Positions 48,193 through 57,984 of a DNA stretch of 64,000 nucleotides are shown piece by piece. The notes under the pieces were generated by a model. The model was not told the DNA's origin and did no database searches. It saw only the letters and a program-made list of their open reading frames with translations. The stretch is from a bacterium (GTDB lineage: Bacteria; Patescibacteriota; Minisyncoccia; Phycocordibacterales; UBA2100), in contig JAYPJF010000001.1 of assembly GCA_038128225.1 (NCBI GenBank), forward strand, positions 240,419-304,418. The letters run 5' to 3'. How positions within the stretch are numbered: position 1 is the stretch's first letter; each line of letters opens with the position of its first letter. The position numbers and the translations under genes were made by a program.

Positions 48193-50178
48193 ATGGAAGA
48201 AGATCGCAGTGAGGTCGAGCAAAGCAAGCGACTGCAGCATTTGCGACAAGCGATGTATTCGCGCTCGATTTCCCCAAAGTTACATATGCGCGCGCGACGC
48301 GAGCTTAACGAATTGCCGACTGATATTCCTGAAGATTGGGAGAAAAAAGTTGATCCTGTTTCGAGCAGCCGTATTGCACCGCGTGTTATTGGCGCAACGC
48401 GGTCGGTACTTACGTGGGTGCTAGGGCTTTCGGCTATCTTTTTTGTTGCTTCAATCGGAATTTTTCTCTATTACTTTGTATTTGGAGCGGGTAACTTGGT
48501 AGCAGCCCCAGAAAATATCGACATTCTCGTGCGAGGACCTTCAACGATTCAAGGCGGACAGGCTGCGGAGCTTCAAATTGTCGTGACAAATAGAAACAAC
48601 GCGACACTCGAGCTTGCTGATTTGATCGTAACGTATCCGAAAGGCACGCGTTCACCCGCAGATTTTACGACCGACTTGCCGCAGCAGCGTGTGTCGCTTG
48701 GCGCGATTGAGCCAGGCGGGCGTCGCCAAGGTACCGTTTCCGCTGTTTTTCTTGGCTCCGAAAACGCTTCGCTTACGGCTCATGTCGAGCTCGAGTACCG
48801 GACGGTAAACTCAAGTGCCATTTACGCTGCCCAATCCGATTACATGTTTGCGCTTGCCTCAGCACCAGTTTCGATTGCAATTGAGGCAAATGACGAAGCG
48901 GTAGCGGGACAGCCGCTCCTTCTAACTGCAACGGTGCGCGCGAATGCCGACACGCTCGTGAAAGATGTCGTGCTTGAGGCATCGTACCCGTTTGGCTTCA
49001 AGTTTGACTATTCAGAACCAGAAACGAAAAACGGGGTGTTTTGGGAACTCGGTGATTTGAGACCTGGAGAAGAACGAATTATCAGAGTCCGAGGTATTTT
49101 GGAGGGACAGGAGAGCGATGAACGATTGTTTACATTGCGCGCGGGCACACGGCGGAATAAGGACAGCAAAGCAATAGATTATCTTGTCGCAGAAAGTACG
49201 CATAGGCTCGCGATCGCAAAGCCGTTCATCGGTCTCGGGATCGCGGTGAACAAAGAAACAGGCGACAATGCAGCTGTATCAAAAGTCGGAGAAACAGTAA
49301 ACGTGACCGTGTCGTATGTAAATAATTTAGGTACACCAATTAGTAACGCGGTAATCGTGGCGCGCCTCACAGGTCTTAAGCTCGATGACACAAGTATTCG
49401 CACTATAGACGGATTTTATCGATCTTCTGACCGAACTGTACTATGGGACAAAACGACAACGCGCGGCGTCCTCAGTGACTTGGCGCCAGGCGCGCGCGGG
49501 ACACTCAACTTCTCATTTGAAATGCCAAACGAAGAAGTCGCACTTGAGTTGCGAGAAGCGCAGGTTGATATCGCTATACACGCTGCAGGGAAACGCGTCG
49601 GTGATGCGGGCGTTCCCGAAACATTACAAACAGTGCGCTCGCGCACGATAAAACTCGCATCAAATACGCATCTGCTCGCGCAAGGGTTTTATTATTCGAA
49701 CCCATTTGGCAGCGTCGGTCCTCTACCGCCAAAAGTGAACGAAGAAACAACATACGCAGTTGCCTTTACAATCGCAAACACCTCAAATAAGATCACGGGC
49801 GGCGTGCTGAAAGCGGAACTGCCTCCGTATGTGCGCTGGCTGGGAGTATACAGCCCCTCAAGCGAGCGTTTAGTTTTTAACACGTCCGATGGAAGTATTG
49901 AATGGAACGTAGGAGATGTTGCACAGGGAGTGGGAGTGAAATCTGCGCCGCCACGACAAGTGGTACTCGCGGTTGGGCTCACGCCTTCCGCAAGTCAGAT
50001 TGGGTCACAGCCAGAACTGGTGCGCGGCATTACCTTTACAGGCAAGGACGCTTTCACGAGTGCCCCAATTGAACTTAAAGCAGGGGCGGTTAATACGAAT
50101 TTACTCGATGATCCAGGTTTTTCAACTGCCGAGGCGAAAGTGATTTCAAATATCGAAGTGTCCACCGGACAACAATGA
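48193..50178 (+). CDS. Conserved membrane-anchored multi-Ig-like-domain hypothetical protein
   Basis: One TM at about aa 75-97, followed by repeated beta-sandwich units (W.LGDL.PG, GPLPPKV..TTY). Confidence 0.8.
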   Translation: MEEDRSEVEQSKRLQHLRQAMYSRSISPKLHMRARRELNELPTDIPEDWEKKVDPVSSSRIAPRVIGATRSVLTWVLGLSAIFFVASIGIFLYYFVFGAGNLVAAPENIDILVRGPSTIQGGQAAELQIVVTNRNNATLELADLIVTYPKGTRSPADFTTDLPQQRVSLGAIEPGGRRQGTVSAVFLGSENASLTAHVELEYRTVNSSAIYAAQSDYMFALASAPVSIAIEANDEAVAGQPLLLTATVRANADTLVKDVVLEASYPFGFKFDYSEPETKNGVFWELGDLRPGEERIIRVRGILEGQESDERLFTLRAGTRRNKDSKAIDYLVAESTHRLAIAKPFIGLGIAVNKETGDNAAVSKVGETVNVTVSYVNNLGTPISNAVIVARLTGLKLDDTSIRTIDGFYRSSDRTVLWDKTTTRGVLSDLAPGARGTLNFSFEMPNEEVALELREAQVDIAIHAAGKRVGDAGVPETLQTVRSRTIKLASNTHLLAQGFYYSNPFGSVGPLPPKVNEETTYAVAFTIANTSNKITGGVLKAELPPYVRWLGVYSPSSERLVFNTSDGSIEWNVGDVAQGVGVKSAPPRQVVLAVGLTPSASQIGSQPELVRGITFTGKDAFTSAPIELKAGAVNTNLLDDPGFSTAEAKVISNIEVSTGQQ

Positions 50179-51491
50179 CACACACTACTATGGAAAAAAT
50201 AATTTCGCTGTGTAAACGGCGAGGATTCATATACCAAGGCTCGGAAATTTATGGAGGACTCGCCGGTACATGGGACTACGGTCCTTATGGTGTTTCGCTT
50301 AAGAATAATATCAAAGCTTTATGGTGGCAGATGTTTGTCGATGCGCGCGATGATATGTACGGTGTAGACGCGGCGATTCTTATGCACCCCAAGGTATGGG
50401 AAGCAAGCGGGCACGTAAGTGGTTTTTCTGACCCTCTTGTCGAATGTACCCAATGTAAACGGAGGTTTCGCGCGGACCACCTTGAAGACAAGAAAAAATG
50501 TCCCGAGTGCGGAGGGTCGCTCGGAGAAGAACGCCAGTTCAATATGATGTTTAAGACGCATGTTGGAGCGATGGAGGACGAAAACTCAGTGTCGTATCTG
50601 CGCCCTGAAACCGCAGGAGGTATGTTTGTTAATTTTAAAAACGTAGTTGACTCCCTACATCCGAAAATGCCGTTCGGGTTAGGACAAATCGGAAAAGCGT
50701 TTCGTAACGAAATTGCGCCTCGTGATTTCATATTCCGCTCTCGCGAATTTGAACAAATGGAGATTGAGTATTTTGTGCATCCGCGTATGTGGGAAGAAAA
50801 GTTCGAGGCGTGGCGTGTCGCAATGCATGAATGGATGCAGGCGGTTGGTATCGATACACGCAAGGTGACCGAACTTGATGTGCCTGAAGATGAACGCGCG
50901 CACTACAGTAAGCGCACGATTGATTTTGAGTTTGAATACCCGTTTGGAAAAAAAGAATTATACGGACTCGCGTATCGTACTGATTTTGATCTTTCCGCGC
51001 ACACGCACCATTCAGGTGCCGAACTCTCTCTTGTCGACGAAGAAACAGGAGAAAAATATACACCACATGTCATCGAACCTTCGCTCGGAGTCGACCGTAC
51101 TGTACTTGCTGTACTCGCTTCAGTGTATACCGAAGACGAAATGAATGGCGAGAGCCGAACGTACTTAAGGTTTCCTAAAGAGATTGCGCCGGTGAAGGCG
51201 GCAGTCTTTCCGCTCCTTAAGAATAAACCGCACCTTGTTGAGAAAGCTCGTGATGTATACAGTATGCTTAAAAAAATCGAGCCACGGATTGTGTGGGACG
51301 ATAACGGTAATGTTGGAAAACGGTACCGTCGCCAGGATGAAATTGGCACACCGTACTGTATTACTATCGATTTTGACACACTTGGTGAGAATGGTGAGGA
51401 TAAGAAAGATACAGTAACTGTTCGCGATCGTGATACAGGAAAGCAGTCGCGCGTTACGATTTCGAAACTGGCGGAATATATACGCGGATAG
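50175..51491 (+). CDS. glyQS: Glycine--tRNA ligase (homodimeric type)
   Basis: CKRRGF..SEIYGG, YLRPETA, FRNEI.PR, REFEQME, EPSLGVDR and YRRQDEIGTP motifs. Confidence 0.97.
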   Translation: MTHTTMEKIISLCKRRGFIYQGSEIYGGLAGTWDYGPYGVSLKNNIKALWWQMFVDARDDMYGVDAAILMHPKVWEASGHVSGFSDPLVECTQCKRRFRADHLEDKKKCPECGGSLGEERQFNMMFKTHVGAMEDENSVSYLRPETAGGMFVNFKNVVDSLHPKMPFGLGQIGKAFRNEIAPRDFIFRSREFEQMEIEYFVHPRMWEEKFEAWRVAMHEWMQAVGIDTRKVTELDVPEDERAHYSKRTIDFEFEYPFGKKELYGLAYRTDFDLSAHTHHSGAELSLVDEETGEKYTPHVIEPSLGVDRTVLAVLASVYTEDEMNGESRTYLRFPKEIAPVKAAVFPLLKNKPHLVEKARDVYSMLKKIEPRIVWDDNGNVGKRYRRQDEIGTPYCITIDFDTLGENGEDKKDTVTVRDRDTGKQSRVTISKLAEYIRG

Positions 51492-51533
51492 TAATTAGTG
51501 GCCCAATTTTTTTGGGCGCGTATACTGTAGCTC

Positions 51534-52598
51534 ATGCCAGAGGACCGGACTTTTTCAATCTCAATCACGTTTGGGACGGTCATCAAGATACTCTTTGTGC
51601 TCGCGGGCGCGTGGCTCGTGTACGAACTTTTTGATGTGGTACTCGTCATGCTTATGGCGATAGTAATCGCCTCGGCAATAGAACCCATGGCGCGTTCTTT
51701 GATGAAGCGAAAAATACCGCGCACTGTTGCGGTTCTGCTTGTGTACATACTTTTCTTGGGGGGACTGTTCGGAATGTTGTATCTTTTTGTGCCGCTCCTT
51801 TTGAGTGAGACAGCGAATTTTGTTGCCGCATTGCCGTCATATGCAGAACATGTACAGCACATTACTCCAGAGTACAGCCCGATACTCTCGGCAACCGGAG
51901 CAAATCCGAGCGCGTCGATTACTGGCGCGATTTCTCAACTACAGGCGCTTGTCACCGAGTTTTCACAAAACATTTTTGCAGCTGCGAGTGCGATTTTTGG
52001 TGGGTTGTTGAGTTTCATACTCATTCTTGTGTTTTCGTTTTACTTTTCGATCCAAGAGCGGGGTATTGAGGATTTTCTTCGGATCGTCACGCCGTTTCAA
52101 TATGAGGATTATGTTATCGGCTTGTGGCGCCGCGCACAAACAAAAATAGGGTTGTGGATGCAGGGGCAGCTTATCTTGGGAATTTTCGTAGGCGTACTGG
52201 TGTTTCTCGTTTTGACGATTCTGGGGATTAAACATGCTCTTGTTCTTGCGGTGATTGCAGCGCTGTTTGAGATTATCCCGATTGTTGGGCCGACGCTCTC
52301 TGCAGTTCCTGCAGTATTTGTTGGTTTTGTCGATGGGGGTATTACTGTCGGCATCTTGGTTATTGCTGCGTATGCCATTATCCAACAATTTGAAAATCAT
52401 CTCATTTACCCGCTTGTTGTTTCGAAAGTGGTTGGGGTGCCGCCATTATTTATCATTCTCGGTTTAATCATTGGCGCCAAGCTCGCGGGAGTTATTGGTA
52501 TTTTATTGTCAGCGCCGATTGCCGCGGTGCTTCAGGAGTTTGTAAGTGATTTGGAGCGACATCGGATCAAGCGCGTGTCCAAGAAAAGCCTTGCGTAA
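51534..52598 (+). CDS. AI-2E family transporter
   Basis: Multi-TM protein with IPIVGP, QQFENHLIYP and G..GILLSAP motifs. Confidence 0.92.
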   Translation: MPEDRTFSISITFGTVIKILFVLAGAWLVYELFDVVLVMLMAIVIASAIEPMARSLMKRKIPRTVAVLLVYILFLGGLFGMLYLFVPLLLSETANFVAALPSYAEHVQHITPEYSPILSATGANPSASITGAISQLQALVTEFSQNIFAAASAIFGGLLSFILILVFSFYFSIQERGIEDFLRIVTPFQYEDYVIGLWRRAQTKIGLWMQGQLILGIFVGVLVFLVLTILGIKHALVLAVIAALFEIIPIVGPTLSAVPAVFVGFVDGGITVGILVIAAYAIIQQFENHLIYPLVVSKVVGVPPLFIILGLIIGAKLAGVIGILLSAPIAAVLQEFVSDLERHRIKRVSKKSLA

Positions 52599-52626
52599 GA
52601 GCGCGAAGTTGCGTAGTCTCAGCATC

Positions 52627-54057
52627 ATGCGACGCTACATCACAACCACGCTTCCTTATGTGAATGCCGACCCGCATATCGGGTTTGCGGTTGAAATTGT
52701 CCAGGCTGATATGCTGGCACGTCATTATCGATCTGTCGGTGACGAAGTGTTTTTTTCAACGGGTACCGATGAGCATGGCCAAAAGATTTACGATAAAGCA
52801 CGCGAACAACACGAAGATGTGCAGTCGTATGTAGACCGATATGCGGCTTCGTTCGAGCGTTTGAAAAGCGTACTCGGTCTTTCTTACGATGCTTTTATTC
52901 GGACAACAAACAAGGCGCACATGGAAGCGGCACAAGAGCTTTGGAGGCGATGCGCAGCGCAGGGGGATATCTATAAGAAAAAATATCAAGGACTCTACTG
53001 TGTAGGGTGCGAAAAGTTCATGACGGAAAAAGACCTTGTAAATGATCGGTGCCCACTGCATCCAGATCGTATTCCCGAGATTGTCGAAGAAGAAAATTAC
53101 TTCTTCTCATTATCGAAGTATCAGCGCGGGTTACTTGACTACCTTTCACGTGACGGCGTAGCGGTTGTTCCCGGGTCTCGTCGCGAAGAAGCGCGGCGCT
53201 TTGTTGCCGAAGGGCTCGAAGATTTTAGTATTTCTCGAGAGAAGGGTCGTATGCCGTGGGGGATTCCTGTTCCAGGAGATGACGCGCAAGTGATGTATGT
53301 GTGGTTTGATGCGCTCACCAACTACATTTCAACACTTGGGTGGCCGCATGATCCAGAAGGCAAGTTCGGGCAATTTTGGAATAGTGGTGAGACGCTTCAA
53401 TGTGCAGGGAAAGACCAGGTACGGTTCCAGTCAATTATGTGGCAAGCAATGCTTATGTCTGCAGGTATCAAACCGACTGACCGGGTCTTTTACCACGGTT
53501 TCATCACGTCGGAGGGTCAAAAGATGAGCAAATCACTCGGGAATGTTATTAGCCCCTTTGATCTTGTCGACAAATACGGCACGGATGCGACCCGGTATCT
53601 GTTGCTACGTCATGTGCACCCCACGGAAGACACTGACGTAACCTGGGGCAGGCTCGATGAGTGGTATGAGGCAAATTTGGTAAACGGACTCGGAAATCTA
53701 GTCGCGCGCGTTATGAAGCTTGCCGAAAGCAATCTAGAATCTATACGTGAACAGCCTCCCCGAGGTACGATTCCTGAAAGCTACCAAATTGCTGTTGGTA
53801 ACTACGACTTTTTGGGTGCGGCTAACTACATATGGGAACGCATTGGCTTGCTTGATGCAAAAATTACCACCGAGGAGCCGTTTAAGGTTGTAAAAACAGA
53901 CCTCGAACGTGGCAGAGAGATGATACGGCATGCGGTGAACGAGCTTGATACTATCGCACGACTACTCGATCCATTTATGCCGTACACGAGCGCGGTGATC
54001 ATAAAGGCGATACGCGAGAACAAAAAGCCAGAAAACTTGTTTCCGCGCCTTGCATGA
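52627..54057 (+). CDS. metG: Methionine--tRNA ligase (short form without C-terminal tRNA-binding domain)
   Basis: YITTTLPYVNADPHIG, TGTDEHGQK, YVWFDAL and KMSKSLGN motifs; ends LFPRL. Confidence 0.97.
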   Translation: MRRYITTTLPYVNADPHIGFAVEIVQADMLARHYRSVGDEVFFSTGTDEHGQKIYDKAREQHEDVQSYVDRYAASFERLKSVLGLSYDAFIRTTNKAHMEAAQELWRRCAAQGDIYKKKYQGLYCVGCEKFMTEKDLVNDRCPLHPDRIPEIVEEENYFFSLSKYQRGLLDYLSRDGVAVVPGSRREEARRFVAEGLEDFSISREKGRMPWGIPVPGDDAQVMYVWFDALTNYISTLGWPHDPEGKFGQFWNSGETLQCAGKDQVRFQSIMWQAMLMSAGIKPTDRVFYHGFITSEGQKMSKSLGNVISPFDLVDKYGTDATRYLLLRHVHPTEDTDVTWGRLDEWYEANLVNGLGNLVARVMKLAESNLESIREQPPRGTIPESYQIAVGNYDFLGAANYIWERIGLLDAKITTEEPFKVVKTDLERGREMIRHAVNELDTIARLLDPFMPYTSAVIIKAIRENKKPENLFPRLA

Positions 54058-54857
54058 CGCGTTACCTCGACACACACTCGCACCTCTACTTCTCGGAGTT
54101 CGATCAGGATCGGGAAGCGGTTTTTGATCGCATGCGAGCTGCGGGTGTATGTACTATTTCTGTCGGCACAAATCTCATGACCAGTAAGCAAGCGATACAA
54201 TCTGCGCGTGATTACGCTGAGGTTGTGGGGGCGACCGTCGGACTCCATCCGAATCGCGCGCACGAAGGTTTTGATGACGCGCTTTTCGCAGAGCTTTTTT
54301 CCGCGCAAGAAACACCTCTTATTGTTGCCGTAGGCGAGTGTGGCCTTGATTACTATCGCGGGGTAGATGAGGCAGCGAAACAGAGACAGCAAGATGTTTT
54401 TGGGCGGCAAATCGAATTTGCCGTTGCTCACGATCTACCGCTCGTGCTCCATGTTCGTTCGGCGCCAGGCACTTTTGGTGCACACGAAGACGCGCTCATG
54501 CTCCTTGATCGGGCACGGACGGTACATGGGAACAAAGTGCGCGGTACATGCCACTTCTTTACTGCGCCCATGGCGGTTGCTAAAGAGTACTGGGTGAGGG
54601 GGTTTGCAGTATCTTTGCCAGGAGTGATTACTTTTGCAAAAGAGTGCGAGGAGGTCGTTCGGTATGCGCCGCAGGATTTGATTTTGGCCGAAACCGACTC
54701 GCCATACGCCGCTCCGCTGTCGTGCCGCGGAGGACGCAACGAACCCTCTAATATTGTTGAAATAGTTGAGCGCATCGCTACTTTGCGCGGGGAGAGAAAA
54801 GAGCAAGTTGCGTTGTATTTGGAACAGAATACGCAGCGAATCTTTCGCATACCGTAA
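54054..54857 (+). CDS. TatD family deoxyribonuclease
   Basis: DTHSH, GLHP, VGECGLDY and ETDSPY..RNEP motifs. Confidence 0.94.
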   Translation: MTRYLDTHSHLYFSEFDQDREAVFDRMRAAGVCTISVGTNLMTSKQAIQSARDYAEVVGATVGLHPNRAHEGFDDALFAELFSAQETPLIVAVGECGLDYYRGVDEAAKQRQQDVFGRQIEFAVAHDLPLVLHVRSAPGTFGAHEDALMLLDRARTVHGNKVRGTCHFFTAPMAVAKEYWVRGFAVSLPGVITFAKECEEVVRYAPQDLILAETDSPYAAPLSCRGGRNEPSNIVEIVERIATLRGERKEQVALYLEQNTQRIFRIP

Positions 54858-54898
54858 CATCTTGCGATTCAAAAAAACTCATGCTACAGTGCGCCGAC

Positions 54899-55423
54899 AT
54901 GGCGAAAAAAGCGCTTAAAACAGAAGAAGAAATCACCGAGGCGAGTGCCTCTGTGGTCTATGAACTTGGATATCTCATCCCTTCTTCGGTTCAAGAAACC
55001 GAAACGGAAGCTGTTGTGAATTCAATCCGGGAAGCTATAAGTACCCACAACGGCTCTTTTATCGCAGAAGGTTCTCCACAATCAATTAAGCTCGCATACA
55101 CAATGGCACTTAGTGAAGCTGGTAAAAATCTTAAGTTTGATCGTGCCTATTTTGGGTGGATAAAGTTTGAACTTGCGCCTGAACACTTGTCAGTCGTCGA
55201 AACTTTATTGCGCACCCACAAGCAGGTACTACGCTCGATTGTTTTTAAGACCGTGCGTGAGGAGACGCGCACCAGTGTACGTCAGTCGCTTTTGCGCGAG
55301 GTAAAGCGCACGGATACGATTGCTAGCCGCAAGAGCACGAAACCTGCAGAGGAGAAGACTTCGGCCGGGGAAGTTTCTGAAGAACAACTCAACGCAGCGA
55401 TTGAGACTCTTGTGTCGGAGTAG
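54899..55423 (+). CDS. rpsF: 30S ribosomal protein S6 with extended C-terminus
   Basis: YELGYLI and KLAY motifs; conserved rpsF-ssb-rpsR order. Confidence 0.88.
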   Translation: MAKKALKTEEEITEASASVVYELGYLIPSSVQETETEAVVNSIREAISTHNGSFIAEGSPQSIKLAYTMALSEAGKNLKFDRAYFGWIKFELAPEHLSVVETLLRTHKQVLRSIVFKTVREETRTSVRQSLLREVKRTDTIASRKSTKPAEEKTSAGEVSEEQLNAAIETLVSE

Positions 55424-55435
55424 TATAGTGCGTGT

Positions 55436-55891
55436 ATGTACATCAATAAAGCAATGGTGTTCGGTAATCTTACACGCGATCCGGAACTTCGCTCGTTGCC
55501 GAGCGGCATGCAAGTGGTGACGTTCTCGCTCGCGACGAATCGAACATATCGGGATCGCGAAGGCGCACGCCAAGAACAGACAGATTTTCATAACATTGTG
55601 GTTTTTGGGCGTCAGGCGGAGACCGTTTCGCAATATTTGAAAAAGGGGAGCTCAGCGTTCGTTGAGGGCCGCATGCAGACTCGTTCATGGGAGCAAGATG
55701 GCCAAAAGAAGTACCGAACTGAAATTGTTGCTGATCGCGTCCAATTTGGGCCGAAAGGCGGCGATGGCGGAGCGCGAAGCGGAGGAAGCGCGGCTGCAAA
55801 ACGTGAAGTAGCTGACGAAGCCTCTGCTGGCACAGGTTCAGGTATTGATTATCCGCAGGACGAAATTAATCCAGACGATATTCCATTTTAA
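55436..55891 (+). CDS. ssb: Single-stranded DNA-binding protein
   Basis: [26 protein letters not shown] and C-terminal DDIPF. Confidence 0.98.
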   Translation: MYINKAMVFGNLTRDPELRSLPSGMQVVTFSLATNRTYRDREGARQEQTDFHNIVVFGRQAETVSQYLKKGSSAFVEGRMQTRSWEQDGQKKYRTEIVADRVQFGPKGGDGGARSGGSAAAKREVADEASAGTGSGIDYPQDEINPDDIPF

Positions 55892-55893
55892 GT

Positions 55894-56094
55894 ATGACAG
55901 ATGCACCAATACTTCAGCATGATATTAAGCACGTCGACTACAAGGACAGTGAGTTGCTTAAGCAGTTCCTGAATCCGCACGGGCGCTTGATGCCACGTCG
56001 CCGCACGGGTCTTTCAGCACAGCAGCAGCGCGCCGTGAGCATTGCAGTAAAACGTGCTCGTTTCATGGGATTGTTGCCGTATATCCAACGATAG
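55894..56094 (+). CDS. rpsR: 30S ribosomal protein S18
   Basis: VDYKD..L..F and PRRRTG..QR..AVKRAR..LLPY motifs. Confidence 0.96.
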   Translation: MTDAPILQHDIKHVDYKDSELLKQFLNPHGRLMPRRRTGLSAQQQRAVSIAVKRARFMGLLPYIQR

Positions 56095-56197
56095 GTTGTT
56101 TTAAATAAGTAAGAAGATTCAGCGCTCAAAAGTGCTTGTGCTTTGTATATTTTCTGGCATAATCCTGATTGGGAAGAAAGCCAAGGAGACGGCGAAA

Positions 56198-56287
56198 ATG
56201 ATGAAAGTTTTAGCAATTATAGGTACGATCGCATCGCTTGCGGTTGTCGGCGCGATCGCACTGATGACACTCCCGCCGGTCCACTGA
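56198..56287 (+). CDS. Putative 29-aa hydrophobic membrane peptide, not in the ORF track
   Basis: TTGTGC..CATAAT promoter-like signal, AAGGAG RBS, MMKVLAIIGTIASLAVVGAIALMTLPPVH*, then a hairpin. Confidence 0.6.
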   Translation: MMKVLAIIGTIASLAVVGAIALMTLPPVH

Positions 56288-56300
56288 ATTCACAAACGGC

Positions 56301-56320
56301 CACGCCCCTTACGGGGCGTG
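56301..56320. terminator. Hairpin between the small ORF and efp
   Basis: CACGCCCC-ttac-GGGGCGTG stem. Confidence 0.65.
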
Positions 56321-56332
56321 TTCCATTTCAGC

Positions 56333-56902
56333 TTATTGTTTTTGTACGCGCTCGACGTATTCACCAGTATCGGTGTTGATGCGGACAACATCTCCTGCGT
56401 GAATGAACATGGGTACACCCACAATCGCTCCTGTTTCAAGAGTTACTTGTTTTGAACCTCCTTGTGCGGTGTTGCCGCGTACGTCAGGTGGGGCCTCGGT
56501 TACTTTTAGGTCCACTTTCACCGGAAGTTTTACTTTGATCACTTCGTCTTCAAACAGTACCAGGTCAACTTCTGCATTGTTTTTCAAATACACTCCTGAC
56601 TCACCGATAACAGTTTCCGCAAGCGGGAAGCGATCACGCGGATTCTTTGGATCGGTAAACCAGTATTCACCATTGCGCGCGTAGATGAACTGTACGGTTT
56701 TTGCTTCCAGCTCTGCTTCTTCAATTTTGTCTGATTGATGGAACGTGTACTCAGTTGCGCCACCGGTTTTTAAGTTCCGCAATTTGGTTTGATTCACCGG
56801 CTTTCGTTGCTGTTTTCTAAAGACCCAGGAAGACAACACTTCATACGGTGTCCCATCGAGGAGGATAATTTTTTTGGGGGTTACTTCGTTATATGCAAGC
56901 AT
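56333..56902 (-). CDS. efp: Elongation factor P
   Basis: TKLRNLKTG, RGNTA..K..LETGA.V.VPMFI..GD..INT.TGEYVER motifs. Confidence 0.96.
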   Translation of the reverse strand: MLAYNEVTPKKIILLDGTPYEVLSSWVFRKQQRKPVNQTKLRNLKTGGATEYTFHQSDKIEEAELEAKTVQFIYARNGEYWFTDPKNPRDRFPLAETVIGESGVYLKNNAEVDLVLFEDEVIKVKLPVKVDLKVTEAPPDVRGNTAQGGSKQVTLETGAIVGVPMFIHAGDVVRINTDTGEYVERVQKQ

Positions 56903-56931
56903 ACCCGCGCATCCTACCGAGCTTTGTGCGT

Positions 56932-57960
56932 TTACGCAATTGTAGTGAGGTGGCCGCGAATTGTCTTAAGGATCGCATCAGCAACTTTCGGATTTTCTTT
57001 TAAAAACGAGCGTGCGGCATCGTACCCGCGGCCCAACGCTATTTCTTCAAATTTGTATGACGAACCTGATTTGGTTACGGTGCCAAACTTTTCACCGAGC
57101 GCCAAGAGCTCCCCTTCGCGAGAGATTCCTTCGTTATACATGAGATCAAATTCAGTCGTTCGGAATGGGGCAGCGACTTTATTTTTGACGATCTTCACAC
57201 GGTGTCGACCCCCCATAACCTCGTCGCCTTTTTTAATTTGTGCGATACGGCGTATATCGATTCGGACAGAAGTGTAAAACTTGAGCGCCTTACCACCTGG
57301 AGTCGTGTGTGGATTAACAAAAAATACTACAAACTGCATAAGAAATTTGTTGATGTAAATAACAACCCTTTTTTTTAGTGCCACAACAGCCGGAACTTTT
57401 ATTAGCGCTTGCGACATAAGGCGGGCTTGCTTACCAACGTGCTGCGCTCCCATATCACCCTCAATCTCGTCTTTGGGCGTAAGAGCAGCCACGGAGTCAA
57501 TGACGATAACATCGATTTTTCCAGATCTCACGAGCGACTCAACAATTTCAAGCGCTTGTTCACCATGGTCTGGTTGCGAAATAAGAAGGTCTTCAACTTT
57601 AACACCAATTCGTTTCGCATACTCGGGATCCATGGCGTGCTCAGCATCGATGTATGCGCAAATGCCGCCTGTTTTCTGCGCTTCAGCAACCGTATGAAGT
57701 GCAAGTGTTGTTTTTCCTGAAGATTCTGGCCCAAAAATCTCAACAATGCGGCCGCGTGGCATACCACCAATACCTAGTGCCCAGTCCACACCAACGGAAC
57801 CTGTTGAGATAGCCCCAATGCTTACTTTTGGTTTTTCACCCAAGGTCATTATAGACTCATCGCCAAATTTTGTTTTGATTTCCGAAATTGCGCGCTCAAT
57901 TTCTTTGAAACTTGGTTTACTTACCTCAGTCGGTTCTTCAACTTTTTTCTTTGCAGCCAT
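56932..57960 (-). CDS. recA: Recombinase A, with an aberrant L2-loop segment
   Basis: [40 protein letters not shown] and KNKVAAPF motifs. Confidence 0.97.
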   Translation of the reverse strand: MAAKKKVEEPTEVSKPSFKEIERAISEIKTKFGDESIMTLGEKPKVSIGAISTGSVGVDWALGIGGMPRGRIVEIFGPESSGKTTLALHTVAEAQKTGGICAYIDAEHAMDPEYAKRIGVKVEDLLISQPDHGEQALEIVESLVRSGKIDVIVIDSVAALTPKDEIEGDMGAQHVGKQARLMSQALIKVPAVVALKKRVVIYINKFLMQFVVFFVNPHTTPGGKALKFYTSVRIDIRRIAQIKKGDEVMGGRHRVKIVKNKVAAPFRTTEFDLMYNEGISREGELLALGEKFGTVTKSGSSYKFEEIALGRGYDAARSFLKENPKVADAILKTIRGHLTTIA

Positions 57961-57984
57961 ATCGATTTTCTATAAATAATAGGT

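Noticed and set aside
14079-56320. GC-rich palindromes as REP elements or integron attC sites
   Set aside because: The stems share no common sequence, lack RYYYAAC/GTTRRRY ends, and sit right after stop codons like ordinary terminators; no integron integrase is present.
57305-57405. Diversity-generating retroelement variable region in recA
   Set aside because: Inferred changes are not adenine-specific, and there is no template repeat or reverse transcriptase in the window.
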